Below, one piece after another: positions 27,619 to 38,350 of a DNA stretch of 64,000 nucleotides. This stretch comes from an uncultured Spirochaetota bacterium (GTDB lineage Bacteria; Spirochaetota; Spirochaetia; SZUA-6; Fen-1364), in the NCBI GenBank assembly GCA_963820525.1, contig CAWGAA010000001.1:2400001-2464000 (forward strand), read 5' to 3'. The position numbers and the translations under genes were made by a program. The notes below the pieces were generated by a model. It was not told where the DNA came from, made no database searches, and was given only the letters and a program-made list of their open reading frames with translations. Each line of letters opens with the position of its first letter. The first letter of the stretch is position 1.

Positions 27619-28401
27619 TTACTGGATGAGCTTCCTGGTGAGCCGGCGAATCGCGAAGTATCCCGCGGCCGCAGTAAACGCGGCGATCACCAGCAGGTCC
27701 ACTGCGGATTGGAACGTCACCGGCCCCAAGCCGAGCTCGCGCGCCATGCGCACGGAGTGAGTGAGGGGGAAGATCTCGGCCGCCGGACGGAGGATCGGGG
27801 GCAGATTCGCGATGGGAAAGACCACCCCGGAGAAGAAGAACATGGGAGAGAGGAACCCCGTGAAAAAGAAATTGAACTGGTTGATGCTCGATACGATCGA
27901 GGTGATCAGAAGGGAGATCGTTGCGAACATCACGCCAGTGAGAAAGCCGACGAATCCCGAGAGGAGGCTCGCCGGCATGGGAACGACCCCGAAGAGCGCC
28001 TCGACGACGACGACGGCGAGGGAGAAAAAAATACCCTTGCTTCCGGCCCAGAGGATCTCGCCCACGAGCAGATCGTTCACCGTGATCGGCGCCGCAAGCA
28101 TCCCGTCGTAGACCTTGTCAAACTCCAGCCTCACGAATGTCCCGAAGGTGCATTCGAAGGAAGCCGTGAACATAGCGGCGGTGATGGGAAGCCCTGTGGC
28201 GAGGAACACGAGATACGGCATCCCGTCCATGCTCACGATGTACTTGCCCATCCCCAGACCGATCCCGGCCAGGAAGATCAGCGGCTCAAGGAAGGGCGGG
28301 AGGCCATTGCTGATGAGGCTTTTAGTGTAGACCCGGTAATGGCGGTACCAGACGCTCGTGATCCTGTGCACGAGCGGCGGGTAGGCTCTACTGGTTTTCA
28401 T
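27619..28401 (-). CDS. ABC-2 type exporter permease (NodJ-like)
   Basis: EPLIFLAGIGLG, YLVFLATG, PMFFFSGVVFP, PLTHSV. Confidence 0.88.
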   Translation of the reverse strand: MKTSRAYPPLVHRITSVWYRHYRVYTKSLISNGLPPFLEPLIFLAGIGLGMGKYIVSMDGMPYLVFLATGLPITAAMFTASFECTFGTFVRLEFDKVYDGMLAAPITVNDLLVGEILWAGSKGIFFSLAVVVVEALFGVVPMPASLLSGFVGFLTGVMFATISLLITSIVSSINQFNFFFTGFLSPMFFFSGVVFPIANLPPILRPAAEIFPLTHSVRMARELGLGPVTFQSAVDLLVIAAFTAAAGYFAIRRLTRKLIQ

Positions 28402-29326
28402 CGAGCGTGCTCCCCGTGGCCTGGAGGAACAGGTCTTCCAGGTTCGTTTCCCTGATGTGATACTCCCCGGGGCTCAACCCCTCCGCGAGACTCTTCAGGG
28501 CTGCGCTCTCGTTGGAGAACAGCCTCACGGGATCCGGCGAGTCGCCGATGCGCACGGTTGGACGGCTTGACGCGCCCAGGCGCTTCTGAGCCTCCCTGCC
28601 GCGGACCTCCAGCACGAAGCGCTCGATATTGTCCTCGATGAGCCTGCGCGGGGGTTCCTCCATCATCCGTGCGCCCTTGTGCATGATGAGGACCGAGTCG
28701 CAGATCTGGAAAGCCTCCTCCATGTAGTGGGTCGTGAGCAGGATGGAAAGACCCTCCCCCTTGAGCCGGCGGAGCTTGTCCCAGATGAGGTGCCGGACCT
28801 GGGGGTCCAGGCCGGTGGTCGGCTCATCGAGAATGAGGAGCCGCGGGTTGTTGAGAAGCGCCCGGGCGATGATCAGCCGGCGTTTCATCCCTCCGGACAG
28901 CTCCTTGATCTTCACCGCGCGCTTCTCGCCCAGCTCCATGAACTCGAGCAGCTCCCGGATCCGCTCCTCCGCCTGGCGCCGCGGCATCCCATACAGCTTC
29001 GAATAGACCCACAGGTTCTGCCAGACATTGAGCTCCTCGTCCAGGTTGTCCTCCTGCGGCACGACCCCGGAGAGAAACTTGATCTCCAGCTCATGATGCG
29101 CCGGGTCCCAGCCGAAGACCGAGATCGTCGCGTCGGGCCCGCGGTCCCTGAGGCATTTGCCGTAGATCATCTTCATCATGGTGGTTTTCCCCGCGCCGTT
29201 GGGGCCAAGAAGCCCGAAGCAGACGGAGGGACCCACGGAGAAGCTCAAGGATTTCACGGCGATGAGGGAGCCGTATGATTTTGAAACGTTGGAGACGCTT
29301 ATGACGGCATCTGAAGGGAGCTGCAT
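28388..29326 (-). CDS. ABC exporter ATPase (NodI-like)
   Basis: GPNGAGKTT, VVPQEDNLD, LSGGMKRRL, LDEPTTGLDPQ, TTHYMEEA. Confidence 0.92.
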   Translation of the reverse strand: MQLPSDAVISVSNVSKSYGSLIAVKSLSFSVGPSVCFGLLGPNGAGKTTMMKMIYGKCLRDRGPDATISVFGWDPAHHELEIKFLSGVVPQEDNLDEELNVWQNLWVYSKLYGMPRRQAEERIRELLEFMELGEKRAVKIKELSGGMKRRLIIARALLNNPRLLILDEPTTGLDPQVRHLIWDKLRRLKGEGLSILLTTHYMEEAFQICDSVLIMHKGARMMEEPPRRLIEDNIERFVLEVRGREAQKRLGASSRPTVRIGDSPDPVRLFSNESAALKSLAEGLSPGEYHIRETNLEDLFLQATGSTLDENQ

Positions 29327-29521
29327 TTCAGCACCATAATCAGGGGACGCCGTCAGAGTCTACCACCCCGAAGGGCCCCGCATCTGCGCACGCTGCGCGC
29401 CGGAAGCGGCGGGCCGGCATCTTACGCGTTTCCGTCGGGGCGCGGCGTCCCCCCCTGCGAAGGGGCTCTTATTTCAGGTATTCTGCCCGAAGCGCAACCC
29501 AGTTGATCCTTCCCACACCGG

Positions 29522-30319
29522 TCATTTCTCCTCCTCCTTTCGAGAGCGAACCCAGACGATCATGGCAAGGATGGCAACGACGAGGGTTGGGGCCGCGATG
29601 CTCCGAAGGCCGTATTTCTTGGTCAGCCAGGCGCCCAGCGCGGCTCCCACCATGAATCCCAGGAGCGGGATGCCCGATTTCCTGGCGTGGCGGGCCGCTT
29701 CGCGTTTGGCTTTGGCGCGCTGCCGCGGATCTCCGTGCTCGGCGGGGAAGAGAAACTCGACGAAATCAATCGTGAACTGGGTGAGATTTCCCGTCATCAG
29801 GGTGGTCTGGGCGAAGCTCCTGAGGGCGCCCTTCATGAGCGCGTTCTGGACTCCCATTGCTATCACGCCCAGGCCGCCGATGACCGCCACGGCCCACGAA
29901 TCGGGATGTTTCACGTACGGACCGAGCATGTCGCCGGCAAGACAGAAGAGGGCGAGCATCACCGTCATGAGGGCGAGCAGAGGTGCGAGGGTGGCAGCGC
30001 CCCGGCGGCGAATGGCCCGGGCAAAGAGGGTTATCACCGCGACGGTGACCATGAAAATGGGGATCATGGCGAGGCGCACTCCCGCGCCGAGGTTGGGGCC
30101 CTCCGCCATCGTGGCGGCGGCGGTTACCAGGTCTCCCGTGACATGCGCCGTGAACAGCCCGAAGAGCGCCAGAAAGCCCGCCGTGTCCACGTAGCCGGCC
30201 ACCGTGCTCAAGACCACCGAACCGAGGGCCTCGTTGCCGAGGGCTATCGCGGCGCGCTTCGCGGTGCGGGAAGCTTCATCGGGGTTTCGATCAACGAGCG
30301 CTCCCAATCGACGACTCAT
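29522..30319 (-). CDS. YoaK/DUF1275 family membrane protein
   Basis: AGYVD..GFL...FTAHVTG, AMGVQNA, TTLMTGNLT. Confidence 0.9.
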   Translation of the reverse strand: MSRRLGALVDRNPDEASRTAKRAAIALGNEALGSVVLSTVAGYVDTAGFLALFGLFTAHVTGDLVTAAATMAEGPNLGAGVRLAMIPIFMVTVAVITLFARAIRRRGAATLAPLLALMTVMLALFCLAGDMLGPYVKHPDSWAVAVIGGLGVIAMGVQNALMKGALRSFAQTTLMTGNLTQFTIDFVEFLFPAEHGDPRQRAKAKREAARHARKSGIPLLGFMVGAALGAWLTKKYGLRSIAAPTLVVAILAMIVWVRSRKEEEK

Positions 30320-30449
30320 AGATTGACCCTTTTCGCGTGATTCTTGCTGGACACAGTACACTCTGGTGGGTTATTCCTTCAAGGGCGTACGGGGTGGTGA
30401 TTTTTCCGGCTCGAATCGCTATATTAGTGCAAAGATAGGACAATACGTG

Positions 30450-31112
30450 ATGGATCAAAAATTCCTCGCTCACGTCAAGGCATTTCTCATCTCCCACCAG
30501 ATTGGGGACGACCCGAAAAGGAACCTGGCAAAGATCAAGGTCATCGCCAACACCAATCCCGATCTCTGGGACGGGAAGCTTCCCACAGCGGGTATTCGAC
30601 CCGACGCCGACTACTGCAAGGTCTCGGAGGCCGCCGAGAGCCGGCCGATTCTTCCCTGGTGGTGGTACGCGAAAGAGCACGAGCCCGTTCCATCGGTCGT
30701 CCAGGACATCTACAAAAAGCTTGCCTTCGATTTCTCCCTGGTATATCCCCAGGAGAATACATACATCTATGTCTGCGTGGAGCCGCCCGTCGAGCTTTTG
30801 CCGCTCCTGGCGCGGCAGGACCAGCTTCGGGCATTCATCCTGATTTCGCTCATCAACAAGAAATTTTCGCCTTCGCAGAGGGAGAGCAGGCGACTTCGCC
30901 TGGGCACCGTGCTAGGCTCCAAGGACATCGGCAGGGTCTTCCCCTTTATCGCGTTTGTCGAAAACGACGCGAGATACAACCCCGCGCTCGGCAAGATCCC
31001 GACTATCACCCGTCTCGTGCATCCCGCCTCGAATACTGCCAACTGGAGCGTCAGGCTGCCCAAGGATTCGAGAGTCTACGGCTCTCTTCGAGAGATCGTC
31101 GCAGCGTCCTGA
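30450..31112 (+). CDS. Hypothetical protein
   Basis: 220-aa ORF with AGGA RBS and host-like codon bias; no family recognised. Confidence 0.7.
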   Translation: MDQKFLAHVKAFLISHQIGDDPKRNLAKIKVIANTNPDLWDGKLPTAGIRPDADYCKVSEAAESRPILPWWWYAKEHEPVPSVVQDIYKKLAFDFSLVYPQENTYIYVCVEPPVELLPLLARQDQLRAFILISLINKKFSPSQRESRRLRLGTVLGSKDIGRVFPFIAFVENDARYNPALGKIPTITRLVHPASNTANWSVRLPKDSRVYGSLREIVAAS

Positions 31113-31137
31113 GCCACCTCTCCCGACAGGCTTCATG

Positions 31138-31740
31138 CTATTCCCTCGGCCGGATACCGAGAGCGGCGAGATTGTTCTTCATATCTTCAAAGCCGCGGGC
31201 CAGGAATGCCCGGATACCGAGCCTTCGCGCCGCCTCGACGTTGAGCTCGAGGTCATCGACGTAGACGATCCTTTCCGGCGGGACATCGAGCTCTTCGAGG
31301 ACGCGGCGGTACACGGCTTCATCCGGTTTCAAAAGCCCGATCCGATGCGAGAGGAAACATCGATGAAACAGCCGCTCGACATCGGTTTCACTGCAAAGCC
31401 GCTCCCAGTGCAGGACATTCGTGTTGGAGAGCGTGGCGGTGATAGAGGTCTTGGAGAGGGATCTGATGTAGTCGACGGCTCCCGGGAAAAAGCCCTTGGG
31501 GAACTGAATGAAGCGCCTCAGAAACAAGTCGGGATCGACGCGGAGCTCAAGCTCCTCGATTGTGCGCTCGGCGAACTCTTGCGGGCCGATCCGGCCAGTC
31601 TCAAAGTCCCGGACTGAAACGCACTCGAGCCAACGGCTCCACAACCGTTTCTCGTCGAGGCCGCTCCAGGCGATCATCTGGGCAACGCCCATCAGCTCGA
31701 CTAACACGCCGCCCAGATCGAACAGCAGGATATCTTCCAT
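31138..31740 (-). CDS. HAD-superfamily phosphatase (YihX-like)
   Basis: LLFDLGGVL, LSNTN, KPD, YVDD...NVEAA. Confidence 0.92.
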   Translation of the reverse strand: MEDILLFDLGGVLVELMGVAQMIAWSGLDEKRLWSRWLECVSVRDFETGRIGPQEFAERTIEELELRVDPDLFLRRFIQFPKGFFPGAVDYIRSLSKTSITATLSNTNVLHWERLCSETDVERLFHRCFLSHRIGLLKPDEAVYRRVLEELDVPPERIVYVDDLELNVEAARRLGIRAFLARGFEDMKNNLAALGIRPRE

Positions 31741-31799
31741 GGGAATTCGTAGCACAATTCGCGACATCACGGCAAGCCCAAGCATCTGCAGGGAGTGAC

Positions 31800-32030
31800 T
31801 TTTTCAGCATGCCAGGGGGTTGACTAGACTGTGAAAATCATATTTGATCAGTACTAACGTAATAGTGCACTATGATTCTAAGCAGAGTGCAATCATTAAA
31901 GGGGGGCGCAAGTTTATCCAATAGACAAGGAAAAATTAATTTAATTAAATCCAATGAACGATAATTAAACCTATTGACACTTTATTTTAATTATTGTATT
32001 AATCTTTTGATTATTTTGAGGAGGAGTATG
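31800..32030 (+). promoter_or_regulatory. AT-rich promoter region of the ABC/LolA-like operon
   Basis: Strongly AT-rich relative to its flanks; TTGACA(31974)-N17-TATTAA; palindrome ATAGTGCACTAT at 31862-31873; GAGGAGG RBS. Confidence 0.6.
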
Positions 32031-32032
32031 CG

Positions 32033-32713
32033 ATGAACGCGATCGAGCTGAAAAATGTCAAGAAGAACTACCCGCTTGGAGCAACAACGGTCCATGCTCT
32101 GCGCGGCGTGGACCTCGCAATCGAAGAGGGAGACTTCATTTCGATTGTCGGCCCTTCGGGGAGCGGAAAGACCACCCTGTTGAACATCATTGGATGCATT
32201 GACAGCGCAACCGAAGGATCCGTGAAGATACACGGAAACGAGGTCACCACTCACTCGGACAAGCGTCTGACGGACCTCCGACTCCACACGATCGGCTTCA
32301 TATTCCAGACCTTCAACCTGATCCCGGTCCTCACCACGCGGGAGAACGTCGAGTTCCCTCTCCTGCTGATGAAAAAGGAGCATCTCTCCAAGAAGGAGAT
32401 CCGAAAGCGCGCCGAAAAGCTCCTGGAGGAAGTGGGGCTGAAGGAGCAGATGGGCCAGAGGCCCTTCGAGCTTTCCGGCGGCCAGCGCCAGCGCGTTGCG
32501 ATTGCCCGCGCCCTTGTCACCAAGCCCACTATCATTCTCGCGGACGAGCCGACGGCAAACCTGGACTCCGAAACCGGAGAGATGATCCTGAAGCTCATGA
32601 AGGAGCTCAACGTCGTGGAAAAGACGACCTTCATCTTCTCCACGCACGACGCGGACATCCTGAAATACGCCAACAGCGTGGTCAAGATCAAAGACGGCCT
32701 CCGGGTTTCGTGA
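32033..32713 (+). CDS. ABC ATPase, LolD/MacB family
   Basis: GPSGSGKTT, IGFIFQTFNLIP, LSGGQRQRVAIARAL, ADEPTANLD. Confidence 0.95.
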   Translation: MNAIELKNVKKNYPLGATTVHALRGVDLAIEEGDFISIVGPSGSGKTTLLNIIGCIDSATEGSVKIHGNEVTTHSDKRLTDLRLHTIGFIFQTFNLIPVLTTRENVEFPLLLMKKEHLSKKEIRKRAEKLLEEVGLKEQMGQRPFELSGGQRQRVAIARALVTKPTIILADEPTANLDSETGEMILKLMKELNVVEKTTFIFSTHDADILKYANSVVKIKDGLRVS

Positions 32714-32729
32714 CGGGGGAGGAAAGAAT

Positions 32730-34242
32730 ATGTTGATTTTCAAGCTTGCCTGGAGAAACATCCTTCGCCACAAAGGGAAGAGCATCATCATCGGCACCAT
32801 TCTCTTCCTCGGTGCATTCATCATGACGCTGGGAAACGCCACCGCCATCGGAATGCAGAAGGGGATCGAAGAGAACATCGTCAAGAGCTTCACGGGCCAC
32901 ATCATCCTTGTCTCCTCGGAGGAGATAAAGGACAACGTGATCTTCACCCCCATGGCCAAGCCGCTCAAGATCCTGAAGGACTTTGACAAGGTGAGCGCCC
33001 TGCTCAGGCAGCAGAGCTACGTCAAGGACTTCCTTCCCATGGCCCGCGGCGGGGTCGCCATCCTGGGGGGAAACCAGATGAGCTTCATGCTCACCTTCGG
33101 GTGCAACTTCGGCGATTTCCAGCGCGTCTTCGACCATCCCATCAAGGCCATGGAGGGGGAGCTCCTGAAAAACGGGGATCACGGGCTCCTGGTCAATATC
33201 AACGGCCGGAAGTGACCTCCACAAGTCCCAGGGTTTCTGGCTCCTGCCCCAGGGGTACGAGCTGAACACGGGAAACCTGACCGACGATGCCAGGAGGGAG
33301 ATGCCCTATCTGCCCCTGAAGTACGAGCTGGCGTTGGAGGGCTACGGGGAGCCAACGGCCACCAACATGACGCTTCCGGTAAAGGGGATCATCCGTTTCA
33401 AGTCGCTCAATGCGGCCCTGTACCAGGTCACCCTCATGGACATCGAATCCTACCGCCAGATCTTCGGCTACTACACGGCGGAGGACGTGGTCGAAAAGCT
33501 TCCGCCCAAGGAAGCGGCGCTCATGGATGCCGGGGAAGATGACCTGTTCGGCTCCGGCAATATCTTCTCCGCGGGCGGCTCCTCCTCGGTGAGCGACCTG
33601 GAGGCAAAGATTCGAACCCAGCCCCCGGTGACCAGGAAGATCAACCTGAACAATGCCGCGTACAACTACATCTCGGTGCTGCTCGCCCCGGGAGAGAAGA
33701 TAGACGCCTCCATGGCCAAGCTGAAAGAGCTCATGAAGGAGAACGATCTTCCCGTCAAGGTCCTGAGCTGGAAGCAGGCCACGGGGCAGGTCGCGCAGGT
33801 CGCGGACATCGTCCAGGCGATTCTCAGCGTCTTCGTCATCCTGCTGTTCTTTGTCGCGATCATCATCATCATGAACACGCTCAGCATGACGGCTCTGGAA
33901 CGCACCGAGGAGTTCGGGATGATGCGAGCCGTGGGAGCGCAGAAGGGTTTCATCAGCAGGATGTTCCTCACCGAGACTTTCTTCCTTTCGTTCATCTTCG
34001 GCGGTGCCGGCATCTTCATCGGCGTCATCGTCACCTGGATCATACGGCCGCTGGGAATCAGCTCGGGCGGAAAGGAGATCTTCGAGCTCCTGTTCGGCGG
34101 AGAAGTCTTCCGCCCCATCCTCGGATCCGCCGGGTTGGTGACGGGCATTTTCAGGCTCGGGATCGTCACGCTGTTGGCGGTGATCTACCCCCTCCTGGTC
34201 GCCAGGAAGATCAGCCCGCTCGACGCCATTAATCGCCAGTAA
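32730..34242 (+). CDS. FtsX/LolE-like ABC permease (one-base frameshift at 33213)
   Basis: KLAWRNILRH N-terminus and ERTEEFGMMRAVG / ISPLDAI C-terminus lie in two frames. Removing T33213 gives continuous ...NGRK-DLHKSQGF.... Confidence 0.85.
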
Positions 34243-34255
34243 AAGAGGGAATAGT

Positions 34256-36085
34256 ATGTTTCACGTGGTATTGCAGATAGCGGGGATCGTGCTCATTGCG
34301 GCCGTTTCCGCGTTGCTCCTGTACATCGTCTATAAGCTGGTCACCGCGCGCCTCTCCGTGCGGATCGGCCTTCGAAACCTCGTTCGTCAGTTCCGGAGGA
34401 ACCTCCTTTTGGGCATCGGGATCGCGGTGGGCATGTGCATCCTCTTCGTGACCACCTCCTTCACCAGCGGGCTCACGGACATCATCTTCAACAAGATCAT
34501 GGTCTACATGACGGGCCACATGCGCGTCATGATGGCCGAGTACACAACCCGGCGCGCCGACGTCATCAGGGACAAGCCGCGCGCCATCGAGGCGATCAGG
34601 AAGAACGTCGAAGGAATCAAGTCCATCGACGAGGACATAAGCGCGTTCGCGATCGGCGTGGGAAACGGCAAGACCTCCATGCTGGCACTCGTGGGAATAT
34701 CGCGCGACTCCGCCTTCTACAGCGACACCGACCTTGAAGCGGGAAGCACCCGGGACATGTACAAGAAGGACGTATTCCCGGGAATCGTTCTCTACAAGAA
34801 CGCGGCCAGGGACATGAACGTCGGCATGAACGACATCATCACGGTGCGATTCGAGACCGTCTATGGGCAGTCCCAGGCGCCCAAGTTCAAGATCGTGGGG
34901 CTCATCCCGTCCCAGAACATGTTCATGGACGTGGCGGCTTACGTGGATATGGAGACTCTCAGGACCATGCTCAACCTGAAACCGGAGGAATGCCTTGGCC
35001 TCAACATCGTCACCACCTACCCCGAAGACCGCCAGAAAGTGATTGCGATGGCCAACCGGCTCCACGGGGCGCTGGAGCCCCAGGCTGCCGGCGTGATGGC
35101 CGAGCTTGCAAACGGGACGGTGAGCGTAAAAGCCCCCGTGCTCGCCCTGAAGCTGGAATCCGATCCCCAGGCCTTCGAGATAGCCAAGGGAAACCTCCAG
35201 TTCGTCAAGGCGGACCTCGATTCCCTTGCCGGAGCCAAGGACGGCGTCATCCTCACCCAGCCGCTTTCCGCCGCTCTCCACGCGGATACCGGTTCCACGC
35301 TCACCTATCGCTACACGCCCAAGTACTCCAACGATGTGGTGGAGCGAAAAGTTGTCGTGAAGGGGATCATCAAGCCTGCCGCGCCCTTCGACGGTCCGGC
35401 TGCCCTGGCCAATGAGAACCTGTTCTACGACACGTTCTTCCGCAATATCCCGAAGGAGCCGGCCAGCGTCTCCCGCGACGCACCCATCTTCAAGGCGCTC
35501 CTCCCCGAGTGGGATCTCCTGGAGCGCAGCAAGGACACGGACTCTTCCATAAAGAAACAGAACAAGCTCAACACGGAATCCTGGAAAGGCGCCAAGCTGG
35601 ACGTACAGACCATGTACGAAACGGCGAGCATGATCATCGATTTCCAGCTCGGCCTGAACATCATCTCCGTGGTGGCCGTGTTCATCCTCTTCTTCGTCAT
35701 TCTGATCGGGGTCGTGAACACGATGAGGATGAGCATCCGGGAGCGGACCCGGGAGATCGGCACCAATAGGGCCATCGGGATGCAGCGCACAGACGTGCGC
35801 TGGGTCTTCGTGTTCGAGATTGTCCTCCTGGCTTTCTTCGCCTGCCTGGCCGGAACCATTCTCGGCTACGGCTTTACCCGGCTTCTTTCCTCGTTCACGA
35901 TCGACCTGAAGGACAATCCGTTCAGCATGTTCTTCGTCAACAAGCACCTCTACTTTGTCCCGACCCTGACGGCGACCTACATGACTTTCGGAATCATCAT
36001 GGCGATATCCTACATAATCGCCCATCTCGCAGCGCGGCGCGCCGCCAACCTTGGCGTCGCGGAAGCGCTCCGTCACTATGAATAA
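34256..36085 (+). CDS. FtsX/LolE-like ABC permease with enlarged periplasmic region
   Basis: IGLRNLVRQFRR, ERTREIGTNRAIG, AEALRHYE. Confidence 0.9.
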   Translation: MFHVVLQIAGIVLIAAVSALLLYIVYKLVTARLSVRIGLRNLVRQFRRNLLLGIGIAVGMCILFVTTSFTSGLTDIIFNKIMVYMTGHMRVMMAEYTTRRADVIRDKPRAIEAIRKNVEGIKSIDEDISAFAIGVGNGKTSMLALVGISRDSAFYSDTDLEAGSTRDMYKKDVFPGIVLYKNAARDMNVGMNDIITVRFETVYGQSQAPKFKIVGLIPSQNMFMDVAAYVDMETLRTMLNLKPEECLGLNIVTTYPEDRQKVIAMANRLHGALEPQAAGVMAELANGTVSVKAPVLALKLESDPQAFEIAKGNLQFVKADLDSLAGAKDGVILTQPLSAALHADTGSTLTYRYTPKYSNDVVERKVVVKGIIKPAAPFDGPAALANENLFYDTFFRNIPKEPASVSRDAPIFKALLPEWDLLERSKDTDSSIKKQNKLNTESWKGAKLDVQTMYETASMIIDFQLGLNIISVVAVFILFFVILIGVVNTMRMSIRERTREIGTNRAIGMQRTDVRWVFVFEIVLLAFFACLAGTILGYGFTRLLSSFTIDLKDNPFSMFFVNKHLYFVPTLTATYMTFGIIMAISYIIAHLAARRAANLGVAEALRHYE

Positions 36086-36098
36086 GGGGGAACGAACA

Positions 36099-36890
36099 AT
36101 GACCTTTGCCATGCTTTCACGGCCGCGCTTGCTGGCCGTTGCCCTCGTTCTGGCGGCCTCGGCGCCGGGACTCTGGGCAGGCGCCACCATCCAGCAGATC
36201 ATCGACTACATGGACGCCAAGTACGAAATAAGAAGCGACATGACGGCCAAGGCTCGCATCACCACCAAGGACCCGGAGCAGGGCAACAAGGTGATAGACT
36301 CCATCTACTACCGCAGAGACAGCGACGACGCGTTCCTGATCGTAATCGCGGACCCGGAGACGGACCGCGGAAACGGGTACCTGCGGGTGGGAGACAACAT
36401 GTGGCTGTACCGCAGGAACACCCGCACCTTCACCCACATCGGCCGGGACGAAAAGATCGGAGGCTCCAACACGAGCGCCGGGGACGTGGAGACCAGGAAG
36501 TTCAGGGAGCTCTACAAGCCCTCCGTGGACTCCTCGGGCAGCGAGATCATCTCTGAGGAGACGCTGGGAAGCGCCAAAATCCCGGTCTACAAGCTCGAAG
36601 TAATAGCCAAGGTGAACGACGTGAAATACCCCAAGCTGGTGATGTGGGTGACCAAGGACAAGTTCCTCGAGCTCAAGCGCGAGTCCTACAGCCTTTCGGG
36701 CACTCTCATGGAGACCTCCTTCTTCACCAACTACAAGGAGGTGGAGGGCAAGTATGTTCCCCTGCTCATGAAGTTCACGGATGAGGTAGAGAAGGGAAAG
36801 ACCTCCCTCTTCGAGATCACGGGGATCTCCTTCGAGAAGGTGGACAACTACAAGTTCGACAAAAAATACCTGGAAAGCTTGAGCAAATAG
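36099..36890 (+). CDS. LolA-like 'outer membrane lipoprotein-sorting' protein
   Basis: Signal peptide; GNGYLRVGDNMWLY, KRESYSLSGTLM; position in a LolD-FtsX-FtsX operon. Confidence 0.82.
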   Translation: MTFAMLSRPRLLAVALVLAASAPGLWAGATIQQIIDYMDAKYEIRSDMTAKARITTKDPEQGNKVIDSIYYRRDSDDAFLIVIADPETDRGNGYLRVGDNMWLYRRNTRTFTHIGRDEKIGGSNTSAGDVETRKFRELYKPSVDSSGSEIISEETLGSAKIPVYKLEVIAKVNDVKYPKLVMWVTKDKFLELKRESYSLSGTLMETSFFTNYKEVEGKYVPLLMKFTDEVEKGKTSLFEITGISFEKVDNYKFDKKYLESLSK

Positions 36891-36891
36891 G

Positions 36892-38305
36892 ATGACGGCA
36901 ATGAACCGGCTGATCGCTCTCCTCTTCGCGTTCGTGTTCTGCGCGGTCTCCGCGGGCATGCTGCTCGCGGAAGATTCGGCTGCACCGGCGGATAATGCCG
37001 CGGAAGACGACTTCTTCGGAAGCGGCTCCGTTGAGACGAAAGACAACCAGGCCGAAGTGAAAAACATGGCAGAGCAGCTGGACACTGAGCGGGTCGGGCT
37101 ATCGGGCAACATGCAGGCGTCGAGCTCCTACACGATGACGCGGGACTTTTTCAGAGGCATCGGCACCATGGATAACAACAGTTGGGCCAACGCGGTCCAG
37201 GGTGATTTCCTGGTGGATGCCCGTCTCAAGAAGAACTTCAGGGCCTTCGTTGACTTGAATCTGGGATATCTCAGCCCCGGCGTGCCGGTACCCCACACCT
37301 TCACGACGATGGACAACGTCATAACGCTGCTTCCCGGAACGACATTTCAGGTCACGGAATCCCCCTCCACGCTCCTTCTGATCAAGGAAGTCTTTGTCGA
37401 TTTCAACCTGGCAAATACCGTGTATTTCAGGGCCGGCAAGCAGGTCCTTTCAATGGGGCAGAGGGTATCTCTGGACTCCCACGGACCTCATCAATATCCA
37501 GCGCAAGAGCTTCATGAACCTGAATGCATTACGCGAGGGTGTCCTGGGATTGCGTACGGACATCGTGTTCGCGCGCGAGTTTCATTTCTATACGTTCCTG
37601 GATTTCAACTCCATCGACACCCTGTCGAACGTGGCGGGGGCGGGACGCGCCGAGTTTCTTGTGGGCGCAACGGAGTTCGGGGTCTCCGCCTGGGCAAAGC
37701 AGAACAAGATCCCGGCCTTCGGCCTGGACGTCTCGACAACCCCGTTCTGGAACATCGTCTTCTACGCGGAGGGCGCCTTCTCCTGGGGCTCCGACATTGA
37801 AAAGATGAGAACGGACGGGTCCACCTATTTCATCCGCGGCGAGCTGGTTCCCAGGATATCCGCCGGCCTCTCCCGGTCCTTCGACGCGTGGGACGTGAAC
37901 GACAGGATACAGGTCAATGCGGAGTTCTACTACAACGGGGCGGGCTACGACGAGAACATGTTCCAGGCGCTCAGCCCCACGAACCTCGCCAATTTCTTCG
38001 CGCGCGGAGATTACACCTACAGCGACTACGGCAGGTACTACGGAGCGCTTTTCGTCACCATCAACAAATTCTTCGTGGACCAGCTCACCCTCACGCTGAG
38101 CGGGCTGGGCAACTTCTCGGATCTCTCCTTCATACCCATGGCGAGCCTTGCATGGTCTCCCGTGAACAACTTCACGCTGAACTTCCAGGTCGCAACCTAT
38201 CTGGGGCCCGACCAGCGCGAGTTCACGGCCGCCTTCAACCAGGCGAACGGGAGCATGGGAAACAATATGCTCACGGCGAGCATCTACGCCACGGTGGCTT
38301 TCTAA
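36892..38305 (+). CDS. Putative outer-membrane beta-barrel protein (one-base frameshift at ~37450)
   Basis: Signal peptide, acidic EDDFFG linker, FRAGKQVL-QWGRGYLWTPTD after removing one T, alternating aromatic strands, terminal Phe. Confidence 0.75.
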
Positions 38306-38350
38306 GGCTATTGCAATAGGGTGATTACGGAGCGCGGCACCGGGAGCGCC

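Noticed and set aside
27619..29326. Nod-factor export
   Set aside because: NodIJ-like ABC-2 exporters are widespread, and no nodABC genes are present.
29452..29474. Hairpin CCCCT-GCGA-AGGGG with a T-rich tail as evidence of a hidden small RNA
   Set aside because: Short stem, and no plus-strand promoter or gene upstream that I can support.
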